Assembly (NCBI GenBank): GCA_964016885.1
Contig: OZ024747.1
Coordinates: forward strand, 61,070,001-61,134,000
Direction of reading: 5' to 3'
From: Eledone cirrhosa
Lineage: Eukaryota
Length of the DNA stretch: 64,000 nucleotides
Positions 23,301-44,300 of the stretch are shown here, piece after piece. How positions within the stretch are numbered: position 1 is the stretch's first letter; every line of letters begins with the position of its first letter. Under the pieces are notes generated by a model, which was not told the origin of the DNA, ran no database searches, and saw only the letters and a program-made list of their open reading frames with translations. The position numbers and the translations under genes were made by a program.

Positions 23301-26300
23301 TGATATGAACATATACACATACATAGAAACACTGATATGACATATACACATATATAGAGACACTGATATGGACATATACATATATATAGAGACACTAATA
23401 TGAACATATACACATATATAGAGATATTGATATGGACATATACACATATATAGACATTGATATGGACATATACACATATATAGACACAGATACGGACATA
23501 TACACATGTATAGAGACATTGATATGGACATATACACATATATAGAGACACTGATATGGACATATACACATACATAGAGACACTGATATGGACATATACA
23601 CATATATAGAGACACTGATATGAACATATACACATATATAGAGACATTGATATGGACATATACACATATATAGAGACACGGATATGGACTTATACACATA
23701 TATAGAGACACTGATATGGACATATACACATATATAGAGACACTAATATGAACATATACACATATATAGAGACACTAATATGAACATATACACATATATA
23801 GAGACATTGATATGGACATATACACATATATAGAGACATTGATATGGACATATACACATATATAGAGACACTGATATGGACATATACATATACATAGAGA
23901 CACTAATATGAACATATACACATATATAGAGACACTGATATGGACATATACATATATATAGAGACATTGATATGGACATATACACATATATAGACACAGA
24001 TACGGACATATACACATATATAGAGACACGGATATGGACTTATACACATATATAGAGACATTGATATGGACATATACACCCATGCAAGCGTGGAACAGGG
24101 ACGTTAAACGATGATGATGATGATAATGATGACACATATATAGAGACCTTAATATGAACATATATACATACATAGAAACACTGATATGAACATATACACA
24201 TATATAGAGAGACTGATATGGACATAAACACATATATAGGGAAATTGGTATTGACATATACACATATATAGAGACATTGATATGAACATATACACATATA
24301 TAGAGACACTGATATGGACATATACACATATATAGAGACACTGATATAGACATTGATATGGACATATACACCCATGCAAGCGTGGAACAGGGATGTTAAA
24401 CGATGATGATGATGATGATGATGATGACACATATATAGAGACATTAATATGAACATATATACATATATAGAGACATTGATATGACATATACACATACATA
24501 GAAACACTGATATGACATATACACATATATAGAAACACTGATATGAACATATACACATATATAGAGACACTGATATGAACATATACACATATATAGAGAC
24601 ATTGATATGAACATATACACATATAGAGACACTGATATGGACATATACACATATATAGAGACACTGATATAGACATTGATATGGACATATACACCCATGC
24701 AAGCGTGGAACAGGGATGTTAAACGATCATGATGATGATGATGATGATGATGACACATATATAGAGACATTAATATGAACATATATACATATATAGAGAC
24801 ATTGATATGACATATACACATATATAGAGACACTGATATGGACATATACATATATATAGAGACACTAATATGAACATATACACACATATAGAGACATTGA
24901 TATGTACATATACACATATATAGAGACATTGATATGAACATATACACATATATACAGACATTGATATGGACATATACACATATATATAGACATTGATATG
25001 AACATATACACATATATAGAGACACTATGGACATATACACATACATAGAGACACTGATATGGACATATACACATATATAGAGACATTAATATGAACATAT
25101 ACACATATACAGAGACACTAATATGAACATATACACATATACAGAGACACTAATATGAACATATACACATATATACAGACATTGATATGGACATATACAC
25201 ATATATAGACACTGATATGGACATATACACATATATAGAGACACTAATATGAACATATACACATATACAGAGACACTAATATGAACATATACACATATAT
25301 ACAGACATTGATATGGACATATACACATATATAGAGACACTGATATGGACATATACACCCATGCAAGCGTGGAACAGGGACGTTAAACGATGATGATGAT
25401 GATGATGACGATGACACATATATAGAGACATTGATATGAACATATACACATATATACAGACATTGATATGGACATATACACATATATAGAGACACTGATA
25501 TGGACATATACACATATATAGAGACATTGATATGAACATATACACATATACAGAGACACTGATATGAACATATACACATATATACAGACATTGATATGAA
25601 CATATACACATATATAGAGACACTATGGACATATACACATACATAGAGACACTGATATGGACATATACACATATATAGAGACATTAATATGAACACATAC
25701 ACATATATAGAGACACTGATATGGACATATACACATATATAGAGACACTAATATGAACATATACACATATATAGAGACATTGATATGGACATATACACAT
25801 ATATAGAGACATTGATATGGACATATACACATATATAGAGACATTGATATGAACATATACACATATATACAGACATTGATGTGGACATATACACATATAT
25901 AGAGACACTGATATGGACATATACACCCATGCAAGCGTGGAACAGGGACGTTAAACGATGATAATGATGATGACACATATATAGAGACATTAATATGAAC
26001 ATATACACATATATAGAGACACTAATATGAACATATACACATATATAGAGACATTGATATGGACATATACACATATATAGAGGCATTGATATGAACGTAT
26101 ACACATATACAGAGACACTGATATGAACATATACACATATACAGAGACACTGATATGAACATATACACATATATACAGACATCGATATGGACATATACAC
26201 ATATATAGAGACACTGATATGGACATATACACCCATGCAAGCGTGGAACAGGGACGTTAAACGATGATGATGATGACACATATATAGAGACACTAATATA

Positions 26301-29300
26301 AACATATACACATATATAGAGACACTGATATGGACATATACACATATATAGAGACATTGATATGAACATATATACATATATAGAGACATTGATATGAACA
26401 TATACACATACATAGAAACACTGATATGACATATACACATATATAGAGACACTGATATGGACATATACATATATATAGAGACACTAATATGAACATATAC
26501 ACATATATAGAAACACTGATATGAACATATACACATATATAGAGACATTGATATGAACATATACACATATATAGAGACACTAATATGAACATATACACAT
26601 ATATATAGAGACACTGATATGGACATATACACATATATAGAGACATTGATATGAACATATACACATATACAGAGACACTGATATGAACATATACACATAT
26701 ATACAGACATTGATATGGACATATACACATGTATAGAGACACTGATATGGACATATACACATATATAGAGACATTGATATGAACATAGACACATATACAG
26801 AGACACTGATATGAACATATACACATATATACAGACATTGATATGGACATATACACATATATAGAGACACTGATGTGGACATATACACCCATGCAAGCGT
26901 CGAACAGGGACGTTAAACGATGATGATGATGATGATGATGATGACACATATATAGAGACACTAATATGAACATATACACATATTTAGAGACACTATGGAC
27001 ATATACACATACATAGAGACACTGATATGGACATATACACATATATACAGACATTAATATGAATATATACACATATATAAAGACATTGATATGAACATAG
27101 ACACATATACAGAGACACTTATATGAACATATACACATATATATAGACATTGATATGGACATATACACCCATGCATGCGTAGAACAGGGACGTTAAACGA
27201 TGATGATGATGATAATGATGACACATATATAGAGACATTAATATGAACATATATACATATATAGAGACATTGATATGGACATATACACATATATAGAGAC
27301 ACTGATATGGACATATACACATATATAGAGACACTAATATGAACATATACACATATATAGAGACACTAATATGAACATATACACATATATAGAGACATTG
27401 ATATGGACATATACACATATATAGAGACATTGATATGAACATATACACATATATAGAGACATTGATGTGGACATATACACATATATAGAGACACTGATAT
27501 GGACATATACACCCATGCAAGCGTGGAACAGGGACGTTAAACGATGATGATGATGATGATGATGATGACACATATATAGAGACATTAATATGAACATATA
27601 TACATATATAGAGACATTGATATGAACATATACACATACATAGAAACACTGATATGACATATACACATATATAGAGACACTGATATGGACATATACATAT
27701 ATATAGAGACAATAATATGAACATATACACATATATAGAGACACTAATATGAACATATACACATATATAGAGACATTGATATGTACATATACACATATAT
27801 AGAGACATTGATATGAACATATACACATATATACAGACATTGATATGGACATATACACATATATACAGACATTGATATGAACATATACACATATATAGAG
27901 ACACTATGGACATATACACATACATAGAGACACTGATATGGACATATACACATATATAGAGACATTAATATGAACATATACACATATACAGAGACACTAA
28001 TATGAACATATACACATATACAGAGACACTAATATGAACATATACACATATATACAGACATTGATATGGACATATACACATATATAGACACTGATATGGA
28101 CATATACACATATATAGAGACACTAATATGAACATATACACATATACAGAGACATTGATATGGAGATATACACATATATAGAGACACAGATATGGACATA
28201 TACACCCATGCAAGCGTGGAACAGGGACGTTAAACGATGATGATGATGATGATGACGATGACACATATATAGAGACATTGATATGAACATATACACATAC
28301 ATAGAAACACTGATATGACAAATACACATATATAGAGACACTGATATGAACATATACACATATATAGAAACACTGATATGAACATATACACATATATAGA
28401 GACACTGATATGGACATATACACATATATAGAGACATTGATATGAACATATACACATATATACAGACATTGATATGGACATATACACATATAGAGAGACA
28501 CTGATATGGACATATACACATATATAGAGACATTGATATGAACATATACACATATACAGAGACACTGATATGAACATATACACATATATACAGACATTGA
28601 TATGAACATATACACATATATAGAGACACTATGGACATATACACATACATAGAGACACTGATATGGACATATACACATATATAGAGACATTAATATGAAC
28701 ACATACACATATATAGAGACACTGATATGGACATATACACATATATAGAGACACTAATATGAACATATACACATATATAGAGACACTGATATGGACATAT
28801 ACACATATATAGAGACATTGATATGAACATATACACATATACAGAGACACTGATATGAACATATACACATATATACAGACATTGATATGGACATATACAC
28901 ATATATAGAGACACTGATATGGACATATACACCCATGCAAGCGTGGAACAGGGACGTTAAACGATGATGATGATGATGATGACACATATATAGAGACATT
29001 AATATGAACATATATACATATATAGAGACATTGATATGAACATATACACATACATAGAAACATTGATATGACATATACACATATATAGAGACACTGATAT
29101 GGACATATACGTATATATAGAGACACTAATATGAACATATACACATATATAGAAACACTGATATGAACATATACACATATAGAGACATTGATTTGGACAT
29201 ATACACATATATAGAGACACTAATATGAACATATACACATATATAGAGACATTGATATGGACATATACACATATATAGAGACATTGATATGAACATATAC

Positions 29301-32300
29301 ACATATATACAGACATTGATGTGGACATATACACATATATAGAGACACTGATATGGACATATACACATGTATAGAGACACTGATATGGACATATACACAT
29401 ATATAGAGACATTGATATGTACATATACACATATATAGAGACATTGATATGAACATATACACATATATACAGACATTGATATGGACATATACACATATAT
29501 ACAGACATTGATATGAACATATACACATATATAGAGACACTATGGACATATACACATACATAGAGACACTGATATGGACATATACACATATATAGAGACA
29601 TTAATATGAACATATACACATATACAGAGACACTAATATGAACATATACACATATACAGAGACACTAATATGAACATATACACATATATACAGACATTGA
29701 TATGGACATATACACATATATAGACACTGATATGGACATATACACATATATAGAGACACTAATATGAACATATACACATATACAGAGACACTAATATGAA
29801 CATATACACATATATACAGACATTGATATGGAGATATACACATATATAGAGACACAGATATGGACATATACACCCATGCAAGCGTGGAACAGGGACGTTA
29901 AACGATGATGATGATGATGATGACGATGACACATATATAGAGACATTGATATGAACATATACACATACATAGAAACACTGATATGACAAATACACATATA
30001 TAGAGACACTGATATGAACATATACACATATAAAGAAACACTGATATGAACATATACACATATATAGAGACACTGATATGGACATATACACATATATAGA
30101 GACATTGATATGAACATATACACATATATACAGACATTGATATGGACATATACACATATAGAGAGACACTGATATGGACATATACACATATATAGAGACA
30201 TTGATATGAACATATACACATATACAGAGACACTGATATGAACATATACACATATATACAGACATTGATATGAACATATACACATATATAGAGACACTAT
30301 GGACATATACACATACATAGAGACACTGATATGGACATATACACATATATAGAGACATTAATATGAACACATACACATATATAGAGACACTGATATGGAC
30401 ATATACACATATATAGAGACACTAATATGAACATATACACATATATAGAGACACTGATATGGACATATACACATATATAGAGACATTGATATGAACATAT
30501 ACACATATACAGAGACACTGATATGAACATATACACATATATACAGACATTGATATGGACATATACACATATATAGAGACACTGATATGGACATATACAC
30601 CCATGCAAGCGTGGAACAGGGACGTTAAACGATGATGATGATGATGATGACACATATATAGAGACATTAATATGAACATATATACATATATAGAGACATT
30701 GATATGAACATATACACATACATAGAAACACTGATATGACATATACACATATATAGAGACACTGATATGGACATATACGTATATATAGATACACTAATAT
30801 CAACATATACACATATATAGAAACACTGATATGAACATATACACATATAGAGACATTGATGTGGACATATACACATATATAGAGACATTGATATGAACAT
30901 ATACACATATATAGAGACACTAATATGAACATATACACATATATAGAGACATTGATATGGACATATACACATATATAGAGGCATTAATATGAACGTATAC
31001 ATATATACAGAGACACTGATATGAACATATACACATATACAGAGACACTGATATGAACATATACACATATATACAGACATCGATATGGACATATACACAT
31101 ATATAGAGACACTGATATGGACATATACACCCATGCAAGCGTGGAACAGGGACGTTAAACGATGATGATGATGATGATGACACATATATAGAGACACTAA
31201 TATAAACATATACACATATATAGAGACACTGATATGGACATATACACATATATAGAGACATTGATATGGACATATACACAAATATAGAGACACTGATATG
31301 GACATATAGACCCATGCAAGCGTGGAACAGGGACGTTAAACGATGATGATGATGATGATGACACATATATAGACATTAATATGAACATATATACATATAT
31401 AGAGACATTGATATGAACATATACACATACATAGAAACACTGATATGACATATACACATATATAGAGACACTGATATGGACATATACATATATATAGAGA
31501 CACTGATATGAACATATACACATATATACAGACATCGATATGGACATATACACATATATAGAGACATTGATATGAACATATACACATATATAGAGACACT
31601 GATATGGACATATACACATATATAGAGACATTGATATGAACATATACACATATACAGAGACACTGATATGAACATATACACATATATACAGACATTGATA
31701 TGGACATATACACATATATAGAGACACTGATATGGACATATACACCCATGCAAGCGTGGAACAGGGACGTTAAACGATGATGATGATGATGATGACACAT
31801 ATATAGAGACACTAATATGAACATATACACATATTTAGAGACACTATGGACATATACACATACATAGAGACACTGATATGGACATATACACATATATACA
31901 GACATTAATATGAATATATACACATATATAGAGACATTGATATGAACATATACACATATACAGAGACACTGATATGAACATATACACAGATATACAGACA
32001 TTGATCTGGACATATACACATATATAGAGACGTTGATATGAACATATACACATATTTAGAGACACTATGGACATATACACATACATAGAGACACTGATAT
32101 GGACATATACACATATATACAGACGTTAATATGAATATATACACATATATAGAGACATTGATATGAACATATACACATGTACAGAGACACTGATATGAAC
32201 ATATACACATATATACAGACATTGATATGGACATATACACATATATAGAGACATTGATATGAACATATACACATATATAGAGACACTATGGACATATACA

Positions 32301-35300
32301 CATACATAGAGACACTGATATGGACATATACACATATATAGAGACATTAATATGAACATATACACATATACAGAGACACTAATATGAACATATACACATA
32401 TACAGAGACACTAATATGAACATATACACATATATACAGACATTGATATGGACATATACACATATATAGACACTGATATGGACATATACACATATATAGA
32501 GACACTAATATGAACATATACACATATACAGAGACACTAATATGAACATATACACATATATACAGACATTGATATGGAGATATACACATATATAGAGACA
32601 CTGATATGGACATATACACCCATGCAAGCGTGGAACAGGGACGTTAAACGATGATGATGATGATGATGACGATGACACATATATAGAGACATTGATATGA
32701 ACATATACACATACATAGAAACACTGATATGACAAATACACATATATAGAGACACTGATATGAACATATACACATATATAGAAACACTGATATGAACATA
32801 TACACATATATAGAGACACTGATATGGACATATACACATATATAGAGACATTGATATGAACATATACACATATATACAGACATTGATATGGACATATACA
32901 CATATAGAGAGACACTGATATGGACATATACACATATATAGAGACATTGATATGAACATATACACATATACAGAGACACTGATATGAACATATACACATA
33001 TATACAGACATTGATATGAACATATACACATATATAGAGACACTATGGACATATACACATACATAGAGACACTGATATGGACATATACACATATATAGAG
33101 ACATTAATATGAACACATACACATATATAGAGACACTGATATGGACATATACACATATATAGAGACACTAATATGAACATATACACATATATAGAGACAC
33201 TGATATGGACATATACACATATATAGAGACATTGATATGAACATATACACATATACAGAGACACTGATATGAACATATACACATATATACAGACATTGAT
33301 ATGGACATATACACATATATAGAGACACTGATATGGACATATACACCCATGCAAGCGTGGAACAGGGACGTTAAACGATGATGATGATGATGATGACACA
33401 TATATAGAGACATTAATATGAACATATATACATATATAGAGACATTGATATGAACATATACACATACATAGAAACACTGATATGACATATACACATATAT
33501 AGAGACACTGATATGGACATATACATATATATAGAGACACTAATATGAACATATACACATATATAGAAACACTGATATGAACATATACACATATATAGAG
33601 ACATTGAGATGAACATATACACATATATAGAGACACTAATATGAACATATACACATATATAGAGACACTGATATGGACATATACACATATATAGAGACAT
33701 TGATATGAACATATACACATATACAGAGACACTGATATGAACATATACACATATATACAGACATTGATATGGACATATACACATATATAGAGACACTGAT
33801 ATGGACATATACACCCATGCAAGCGTGGAACAGGGACTTTAAACGATGATGATGATGATGATGACACATATATAGAGACACTAATATGAACATATACACA
33901 TATTTAGAGACACTATGGACATATACACATACATAGAGACACTGATATGGACATATACACATATATACAGACATTAATATGAATATATACACATATACAG
34001 AGACACTGATATGAACATATACACAGATATACAGACATTGATCTGGACATATACACATATATAGAGACATTGATATGAACATATACACATATTTAGAGAC
34101 ACTATGGACATATACACATACATAGAGACACTGATATGGACATATACACATATATACAGACGTTAATATGAATATATACACATATATAGAGACATTGATA
34201 TGAACATATACACATATACAGAGACACTGATATAAACATATACACATATATACAGACATTGATATGGACATATACACATATATAGAGACATTGATATGAA
34301 CATATACACATATATAGAGACACTATGGACATATACACATACATAGAGACACTGATATGGACATATACACATATATAGAGACATTAATATGAATACATAC
34401 ACATATATAAAGACATTGATATGAACATAGACACATATACAGAGACACTTATATCAACATATACACATATATATAGACATTGATATGGACATATACACCC
34501 ATGCATGCGTAGAACATGGACGTTAAACGATGATGATGATGATAATGATGACACATATATAGAGACATTAATATGAACATATATACATATATAGAGACAT
34601 TGATATGGACATATACACATATATAGAGACACTGATATGGACATATACACATATATAGAGACACTAATATGAACATATACACATATATAGAGACACTAAT
34701 ATGAACATATACACATATATAGAGACATTGATATGGACATATACACATATATAGAGACATTGATATGAACATATACACATATATAGAGACATTGATGTGG
34801 ACATATACACATATATAGAGACACTGATATGGACATATAGACCCATGCAAGCGTGGAACAGGGACGTTAAACGATGATGATGATGATGATGATGATGATG
34901 ACACATATATAGAGACATTAATATGAACATATATACATATATAGAGAAATTGATATGAACATATACACATACATAGAAACACTGATATGACATATACACA
35001 TATATAGAGACACTGATATGGACATATACATATATATAGAGACAATAATATGAACATATACACATATATAGAGACACTAATATGAACATATACACATATA
35101 TAGAGACATTGATATGGACATATACACATATATACAGACATTGATATGGACATATACACATATATACAGACATTGATATGAACATATACACATATATAGA
35201 GACACTATGGACATATACACATACATAGAGACACTGATATGGACATATACACATATATAGAGACATTAATATGAACATATACACATATACAGAGACACTA

Positions 35301-38300
35301 ATATGAACATATACACATATACAGAGACACTAATATGAACATATACACATATATACAGACATTGATATGGACATATACACATATATAGAGACACTGATAT
35401 GGACATATACACATATATAGAGACACTAATATGAACATATACACATATACAGAGACACTAATATGAACATATACACATATATACAGACATTGATATGGAC
35501 ATATACACATATATAGAGACACTGATATGGACATATACACCCATGCAAGCGTGGAACAGGGACGTTAAACGATGATGATGATGATGATGATGATGACACA
35601 TATATAGAGACATTGATATGAACATATACACATACATAGAAACACTGATATGACATATACACATATATAGAGACACTGATATGGACATATACATAAATAT
35701 AGAGACACTAATATGAACATATACACATATATAGAAACACTGATATGAACATATACACATATATAGAGACATTGATATGAACATATACACATATATAGAG
35801 ACACTAATATGAACATATACACATATATAGAGACATTGATATGAACATATACACATATACAGAGACACTGATATGAACATATACACATATATACAGACAT
35901 CGATATGGACATATACACATATATAGAGACACAGATATAGACATTGATATGGACATATACACCCATGCAAGCGTGGAACAGGGATGTTAAACGATGATGA
36001 TGATGATGATGATGATGATGACACATATATAGAGACATTAATATGAACATATATACATATATAGAGACATTGATATAACATATACACATATATAGAGACA
36101 CTGATATGGACATATACATATATATAGAGACACTAATATGAACATATACACACATATAGAGACATTGATATGTACATATTCACATATATAGAGACATTGA
36201 TATGAACATATACACATATATACAGACATTGATATGGACATATACACATATATACAGACATTGATATGAACATATACACATATATAGAGACACTATGGAT
36301 ATATACACATACATAGAGACACTGATATGGACATATACACATATACAGAGACACTAATATGAACATATACACATATACAGAGACACTAATATGAACATAT
36401 ACACATATATACAGACATTGATATGGACATATACACATATATAGACACTGATATGGACATATACACATATATAGAGACACTAATATGAACATATACACAT
36501 ATACAGAGACACTAATATGAACATATACACGTATATACAGACATTGATATGGACATATACACATATATAGAGACACTGATATGGACATATACACCCATGC
36601 AAGCGTGGAACAGGGACGTTAAACGATGATGATGATGATGATGACGATGACACATATATAGAGACATTGATATGAACATATACACATACATAGAAACACT
36701 GATATGACAAATACACATATATAGAGACACTGATATGAACATATACACATATATAGAAACACTGATATGAACATATACACATATATAGAGACAGTTATGA
36801 ACATATACACATATATAGAGACACTGATATGGACATATACACATATATAGAGACATTGATATGAACATATACACATAAATACAGATATTGATATGGACAT
36901 ATACACATATATAGAGACACTGATATGGACATATACACATATATAGAGACATTGATATGAACATATACACATATACAGAGACACTGATATGAACATATAC
37001 ACATATATACAGACATTGATATGAACATATACACATTATAGAGACACTATGGACATATACACATACATAGAGACACTGATATGGACATATACACATATAT
37101 AGAGACATTAATATGAACATATACACATATATAGAGACATTGATATGGACATATACACATATATAGAGACACTGATATGGACATATACACATATATAGAG
37201 ACACTGATATGGACATATACACATATATAGAGACACTAATATGAACATATACACATATATAGAAACACTGATATGAACATATACACATATATAGAGACAT
37301 TGATATGGACATATACACATATATAGAGACATTGATATGAACATATACACATATACAGAGACACTGATATGAACATATACACATATATACAGACATTGAT
37401 ATGGACATATACACATATATAGAGACACTGATATGGACATATACACATATATAGAGACACTAATATGAACATATACACATATATAGAGACATTGATATGA
37501 ACATATACACATATATACAGACATTGATGTGGACATATACACATATATAGAGACACTGATATGGACATATACACCCATGCAAGCGTGGAACAGGGATGTT
37601 AAACGATGATGATGATGATGATGACACATATATAGAGACATTAATATGAACATATATACATATATAGAGACATTGATATGAACATATGCACATACATAGA
37701 AACACTGATATGATATATACACATATATAGAGACACTGATATGGACATATACGTATATATAGAGACACTAATATGAACATATACACATATATAGAAACAC
37801 TGATATGAACATATATACATATATAGAGACATTGATATGAACATATACACATATATAGAGACATTGATATGAACATATACACATATAGAGACATTGATAT
37901 GGACATATACACATATATAGAGACACTAATATGAACATATACACATATATAGAGACACTAATATGAACATATACACATATATAGAGACATTGATATGGAC
38001 ATATACACATATATAGAGACATTGATATGAACATATACACATATATACAGACATTGATGTGGACATATACACATATATAGAGACACTGATATGGACATAT
38101 ACACCCATGCAAGCGTGGAACAGGGACGTTAAACGATGATGATGATGATGACACATATATAGAGACATTAATATGAACATATACACATATATAGAGACAC
38201 TAATATGAACGTATACACATATATAGAGACATTGATATGGACATATACACATATATAGAGGCATTGATATGAACGTATACACATATACAGAGACACTGAT

Positions 38301-41300
38301 ATGAACATATACACATATACAGAGACATTGATATGAACATATACACATATATACAGACATCGATATGGACATATACACATATATAGAGACACTGATATGG
38401 ACATATACACCCATGCAAGCGTGGAACAGGGACGTTAAACGATGATGATGATGATGATGATGACACATATATAGAGACACTAATATAAACATATACACAT
38501 ATATAGAGACATTGATATGAACATATACACATATACAGAGACACTGATATGAACATATATACAGACATTGATATGGACATATACACATATATAGAGACAC
38601 TGATATGGACATATAGACCCATGCAAGCGTGGAACAGGGACGTTAAACGATGATGATGATGATGATGACACATATATAGACATTAATATGAACATATATA
38701 CATATATAGAGACATTGATATGAACATATACACATACATAGAAACACTGATATGACATATACACATATATAGAGACACTGATATGGACATATACATATAT
38801 ATAGAGACACTAATATGAACATATACACATATATAGAGACACTAATATGAACATATACACATATATAGAGACATTGATATGAACATATACACATATATAG
38901 AGACATTGATATGAACATATACACATATACAGAGACACTGATATGAACATATACACATATATACAGACATTGATATGGACATATACACATATATAGAGAC
39001 ACTGATATGGACATATACACCCATGCAAGCGTGGAACAGGGACGTTAAACGATGATGATGATGATGATGATGACACATATATAGAGACACTAATATGAAC
39101 ATATACACATATTTAGAGACACTATGGACATATACACATACATAGAGACACTGATATGGACATATACACATATATAGAGACATTGATATGAACATATACA
39201 CATATATAGAGACACTGATATGGACATATACACATATATAGAGACACTGATATTAACATATACACATATATAGAGACATTGATATGGACATATACACATA
39301 TATAGAGACATGGATATGGACTTATACACATATATAGAGACATTGATATGGACATATACACATATATAGAGACATTGATATGGACATATACACATATATA
39401 GAGACATTGATATGGACATAAACACATATATAGAGTCATTGATATGAACATAGACACATATACAGAGACACTTATATGAACATATACACATATATATAGA
39501 CATTGATATGGACATATACACCCATGCATGCGTGGAACAGGGACGTTAAACGATGATGATGATGATAATGATGACACATATATAGAGACATTAATATGAA
39601 CATATATACATATATAGAGACATTGATATGAACATGTACACATACATAGAAACACTGATATGAACATATACACATATATAGAGACACTGATTTGGACATA
39701 TACACATATATAGAGACACTAATATGAACATATACACATATATAGAGACATTGATATGGACATATACACATATATAGAGACATTGATATGAACATATACA
39801 CATATATAGAGACATTGATGTGGACATATACACATATATAGAGACACTGATATGGACATATACACCCATGCAAGCGTGGAACAGGGACGTTAAACGATGA
39901 TGATGATGATGATGACACATATATAGAGACATTAATATGAACATATATACATATATAGAGACATTGATATGAACATATACACATACATAGAAACACTGAT
40001 ATGACATATACACATATATAGAGACACTGATATGGACATATACATATATATAGAGACAATAATATGAACATATACACATATATAGAGACACTAATATGAA
40101 CATATACACATATATAGAGACATTGATATGGACATATACACATATATAGAGACATTGATATGGACATATACACATATATAGAGACATTGATATGAACATA
40201 TACACATATACAGAGACACTGATATGAACATATACACATATATACAGACATTGATATGGACATATACACATATATACAGACATTGATATGAACATATACA
40301 CATATATAGAGACACTATGGACATATACACATACATAGAGACACTGATATGGACATATACACATATATAGAGACATTAATATGAACATATACACATATAC
40401 AGAGACACTAATATGAACATATACACATATATACAGACATTGATATGGACATATACACATACATAGAAACACTGATATGACATATACACATATATAGAGA
40501 CACTGATATGGACATATACACCCATGCAAGCGTGGAACAGGGACGTTAAACGATGATGATGATGATGATGACGATGACACATATATAGAGACATTGATAT
40601 GAACATATACACATACATAGAAACACTGATATGACAAATACACATATATAGAGACACTGATATGAACATATACACATATATAGAAACACTGATATGAACA
40701 TATACACATATATAGAGACATTGTTATGAACATATACACATATATAGAGACACTGATATGGACATATACACATATATAGAGACATTGATATGAACATATA
40801 CACATAAATACAGATATTGATATGGACATATACACATATATAGAGACACTGATATGGACATATACACATATATAGAGACATTGATATGAACATATACACA
40901 TATACAGAGACACTGATATGAACATATACACATATATACAGACATTGATATGAACATATACACATTATAGAGACACTATGGACATATACACATACATAGA
41001 GACACTGATATGGACATATACACATATATAGAGACATTAATATGAACATATACACATATATAGAGACATTGATATGGACATATACACATATATAGAGACA
41101 CTGATATGGACATATACACATATATAGAGACACTGATATGGACATATACACATATATAGAGACACTAATATGAACATATACACATATATAGAAACACTGA
41201 TATGAACATATACACATATATAGAGACATTGATATGGACATATACACATATATAGAGACATTGATATGAACATATACACATATACAGAGACACTGATATG

Positions 41301-44300
41301 AACATATACACATATATACAGACATTGATATGGACATATACACATATATAGAGACACTGATATGGACATATACACCCATGCAAGCGTGGAACAGGGATGT
41401 TAAACGATGATGATGATGATGATGACACATATATAGAGACATTAATATGAACATATATACATATATAGAGACATTGATATGAACATATGCACATACATAG
41501 AAACACTGATATGATATATACACATATATAGAGACACTGATATGGACATATACGTATATATAGAGGCACTAATATGAACATATACACATATATAGAAACA
41601 CTGATATGAACATATATACATATATAGAGACATTGATATGAACATATACACATATATAGAGACATTGATATGAACATATACACATATAGAGACATTGATA
41701 TGGACATATACACATATATAGAGACACTAATATGAACATATACACATATATAGAGACACTAATATGAACATATACACATATATAGAGACATTGATATGGA
41801 CATATACACATATATATAGAGACATTGATATGAACATATACACATATATACAGACATTGATGTGGACATATACACATATATAGAGACACTGATATGGACA
41901 TATACACACATGCAAGCGTGGAACAGGGACGTTAAACGATGATGATGATGATGATGATGACACATATATAGAGACACTAATATAAACATATACACATATA
42001 TAGAGACATTGATATGAACATATACACATATACAGAGACACTGATATGAACATATATACAGACATTGATATGGACATATACACATATATAGAGACACTGA
42101 TATGGACATATAGACCCATGCAAGCGTGGAACAGGGACGTTAAACGATGATGATGATGATGATGACACATATATAGACATTAATATGAACATATATACAT
42201 ATATAGAGACATTGATATGAACATATACACATACATAGAAACACTGATATGACATATACACATATATAGAGACACTGATATGGACATATACATATATATA
42301 GAGACACTAATATGAACATATACACATATATAGAAACACTGATATGAACATATACACATATATAGAGACATTGATATGAACATATACACATATACAGAGA
42401 CACTGATATGAACATATACACATATATACAGACATTGATATGGACATATACACATATATAGAGACACTGATATGGACATATACACCCATGCAAGCGTGGA
42501 ACAGGGACGTTAAACGATGATGATGATGATGATGATGACGATGACACATATATAGAGACACTAATATGAACATATACACATATTTAGAGACACTATGGAC
42601 ATATACACATACATAGAGACACTGATATGGACATATACACATATATACAGACATTAATATGAATATATACACATATATAGAGACATTGATATGAACATAT
42701 ACACATATACAGAGACACTGATATGAACATATACACAGATATACAGACATTGATATGGACATATACACATATATAGAGACATTGATATGAACATATACAC
42801 ATATTTAGAGACACTATGGACATATACACATACATAGAGACACTGATATGGACATATACACATATATACAGACATTAATATGAATATATACACATATATA
42901 GAGACATTGATATGAACATATACACATATACAGAGACACTGATATGAACATATACACATATATACAGACATTGATATGGACATATACACATATATAGAGA
43001 CATTGATATGAACATATACACATATATAGAGACACTATGGACATATACACATACATAGAGACACTGATATGGACATATACACATATATAGAGACATTAAT
43101 ATGAATATATACATATATACAGAGACACTGATATGAACATATACACATATATACAGACATTGATATGGACATATACACATATATAGAGACACTGATATGG
43201 ACATATACACCCATGCAAGCGTGGAACAGGGACGTTGAACGATGATGATGATGATGATGACACATATATAGACATTAATATGAACATATATACATATATA
43301 GAGACATTGATATGAACATATACACATACATAGATACACATATATAGAGACACTGATATGGACATATACATATATATAGACAGTAATATGAACATATACA
43401 CATATATAGAGACATTGATATGAACATATACACATATATAGAGACACTAATATGAACATATACACATATATAGAGAGATTGATTGGGACATATACACATA
43501 TATAGAGACACTGATATGGACATATACACATATATAGAGACATTGATATGAACATATACACATATACAGAGACACTGATATGAACATATACACATATATA
43601 CAGACATTGATATGAACATATACACATTATAGAGACACTATGGACATATACACATACATAGAGACACTGATATGGACATATACACATATATAGAGACATT
43701 AATATGAACATATACACATATATAGAGACATTGATATGGACATATACACATATATAGAGACACTGATATGGACATATACACATATATAGAGACACTGATA
43801 TGGACATATACACATATATAGAGACACTAATATGAACATATACACATATATAGAAACACTGATATGAACATATACACATATATAGAGACATTGATATGGA
43901 CATATACACATATATAGAGACATTGATATGAACATATACACATATACAGAGACACTGATATGAACATATACACATATTTAGAGACACTATGGACATATAC
44001 ACATACATAGAGACACTGATATGGTCATATACACATATATAGAGACATTGATATGAACATATACACATATATAGAGACACTGATATGGACATATACACAT
44101 ATATAGAGACACTGATATTAACATATACACATATATAGAGACATTGATATGGACATATACACATATATAGAGACATGGATATGGACTTATACACATATAT
44201 AGAGACATTGATATGGACATATACACATATATAGAGACATTGATATGGACATATACACATATATAGAGACATTGATATGGACATAAACACATATATAGAG

